Below are positions 63,991 through 64,000 of a DNA stretch of 64,000 nucleotides, one piece after another. Every line of letters starts with the position of its first letter. Positions within the stretch are counted from its first letter, which is position 1. Both the position numbers and the translations under genes were made by a program. The DNA lies in contig CDPCPM010000114.1 in assembly GCA_976551045.1 (NCBI GenBank), positions 3,844,001-3,908,000 on the forward strand, written 5' to 3'. The DNA is from Glaucostegus cemiculus. Its lineage: Eukaryota. Under the pieces are notes generated by a model. That model did no database searches. It had not been told where the DNA came from and was given only the letters and a program-made list of their open reading frames with translations.

Positions 63991-64000
63991 AATTTGCCTT

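Noticed and set aside
1-64000. CRISPR arrays, operons or prokaryotic defence systems
   Set aside because: No regularly spaced repeat-spacer array was seen, coding density is very low, and all recognisable content is vertebrate retroelement DNA.

Overview
This is AT-rich vertebrate genomic DNA, not prokaryotic. The repeat set (HER1-like CR1 LINEs, HE1-like V-SINEs, Rex1/Babar, Penelope, L2, RTE, Gypsy) points to a cartilaginous fish (shark or ray); this is an inference from recalled family features. The window looks like intronic or intergenic sequence filled with truncated, often nested retroelements. No intact host gene, RNA gene or intact autonomous element could be identified, and most ORFs in the track are retroelement fragments or noise. 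Best-supported structures: a decayed Gypsy provirus (about 4.86-9.10 kb) with a CR1 inserted in it, two solo LTRs with clean target-site duplications (18650-20607 and 55120-55506), several Rex1/Babar and CR1 copies, two Penelope remnants, an RTE endonuclease fragment and four V-SINEs. The most interesting signals are V-SINEs with the same head but different LINE-derived tails (one apparently from Rex1, keeping its stem-loop), a Penelope-type fold-back centred on the hammerhead core CTGATGA, and a few unassigned exon-like segments on both strands. There is an assembly gap at 59504-59660. Family calls come from motif recognition, not database searches, and most repeat boundaries are approximate.
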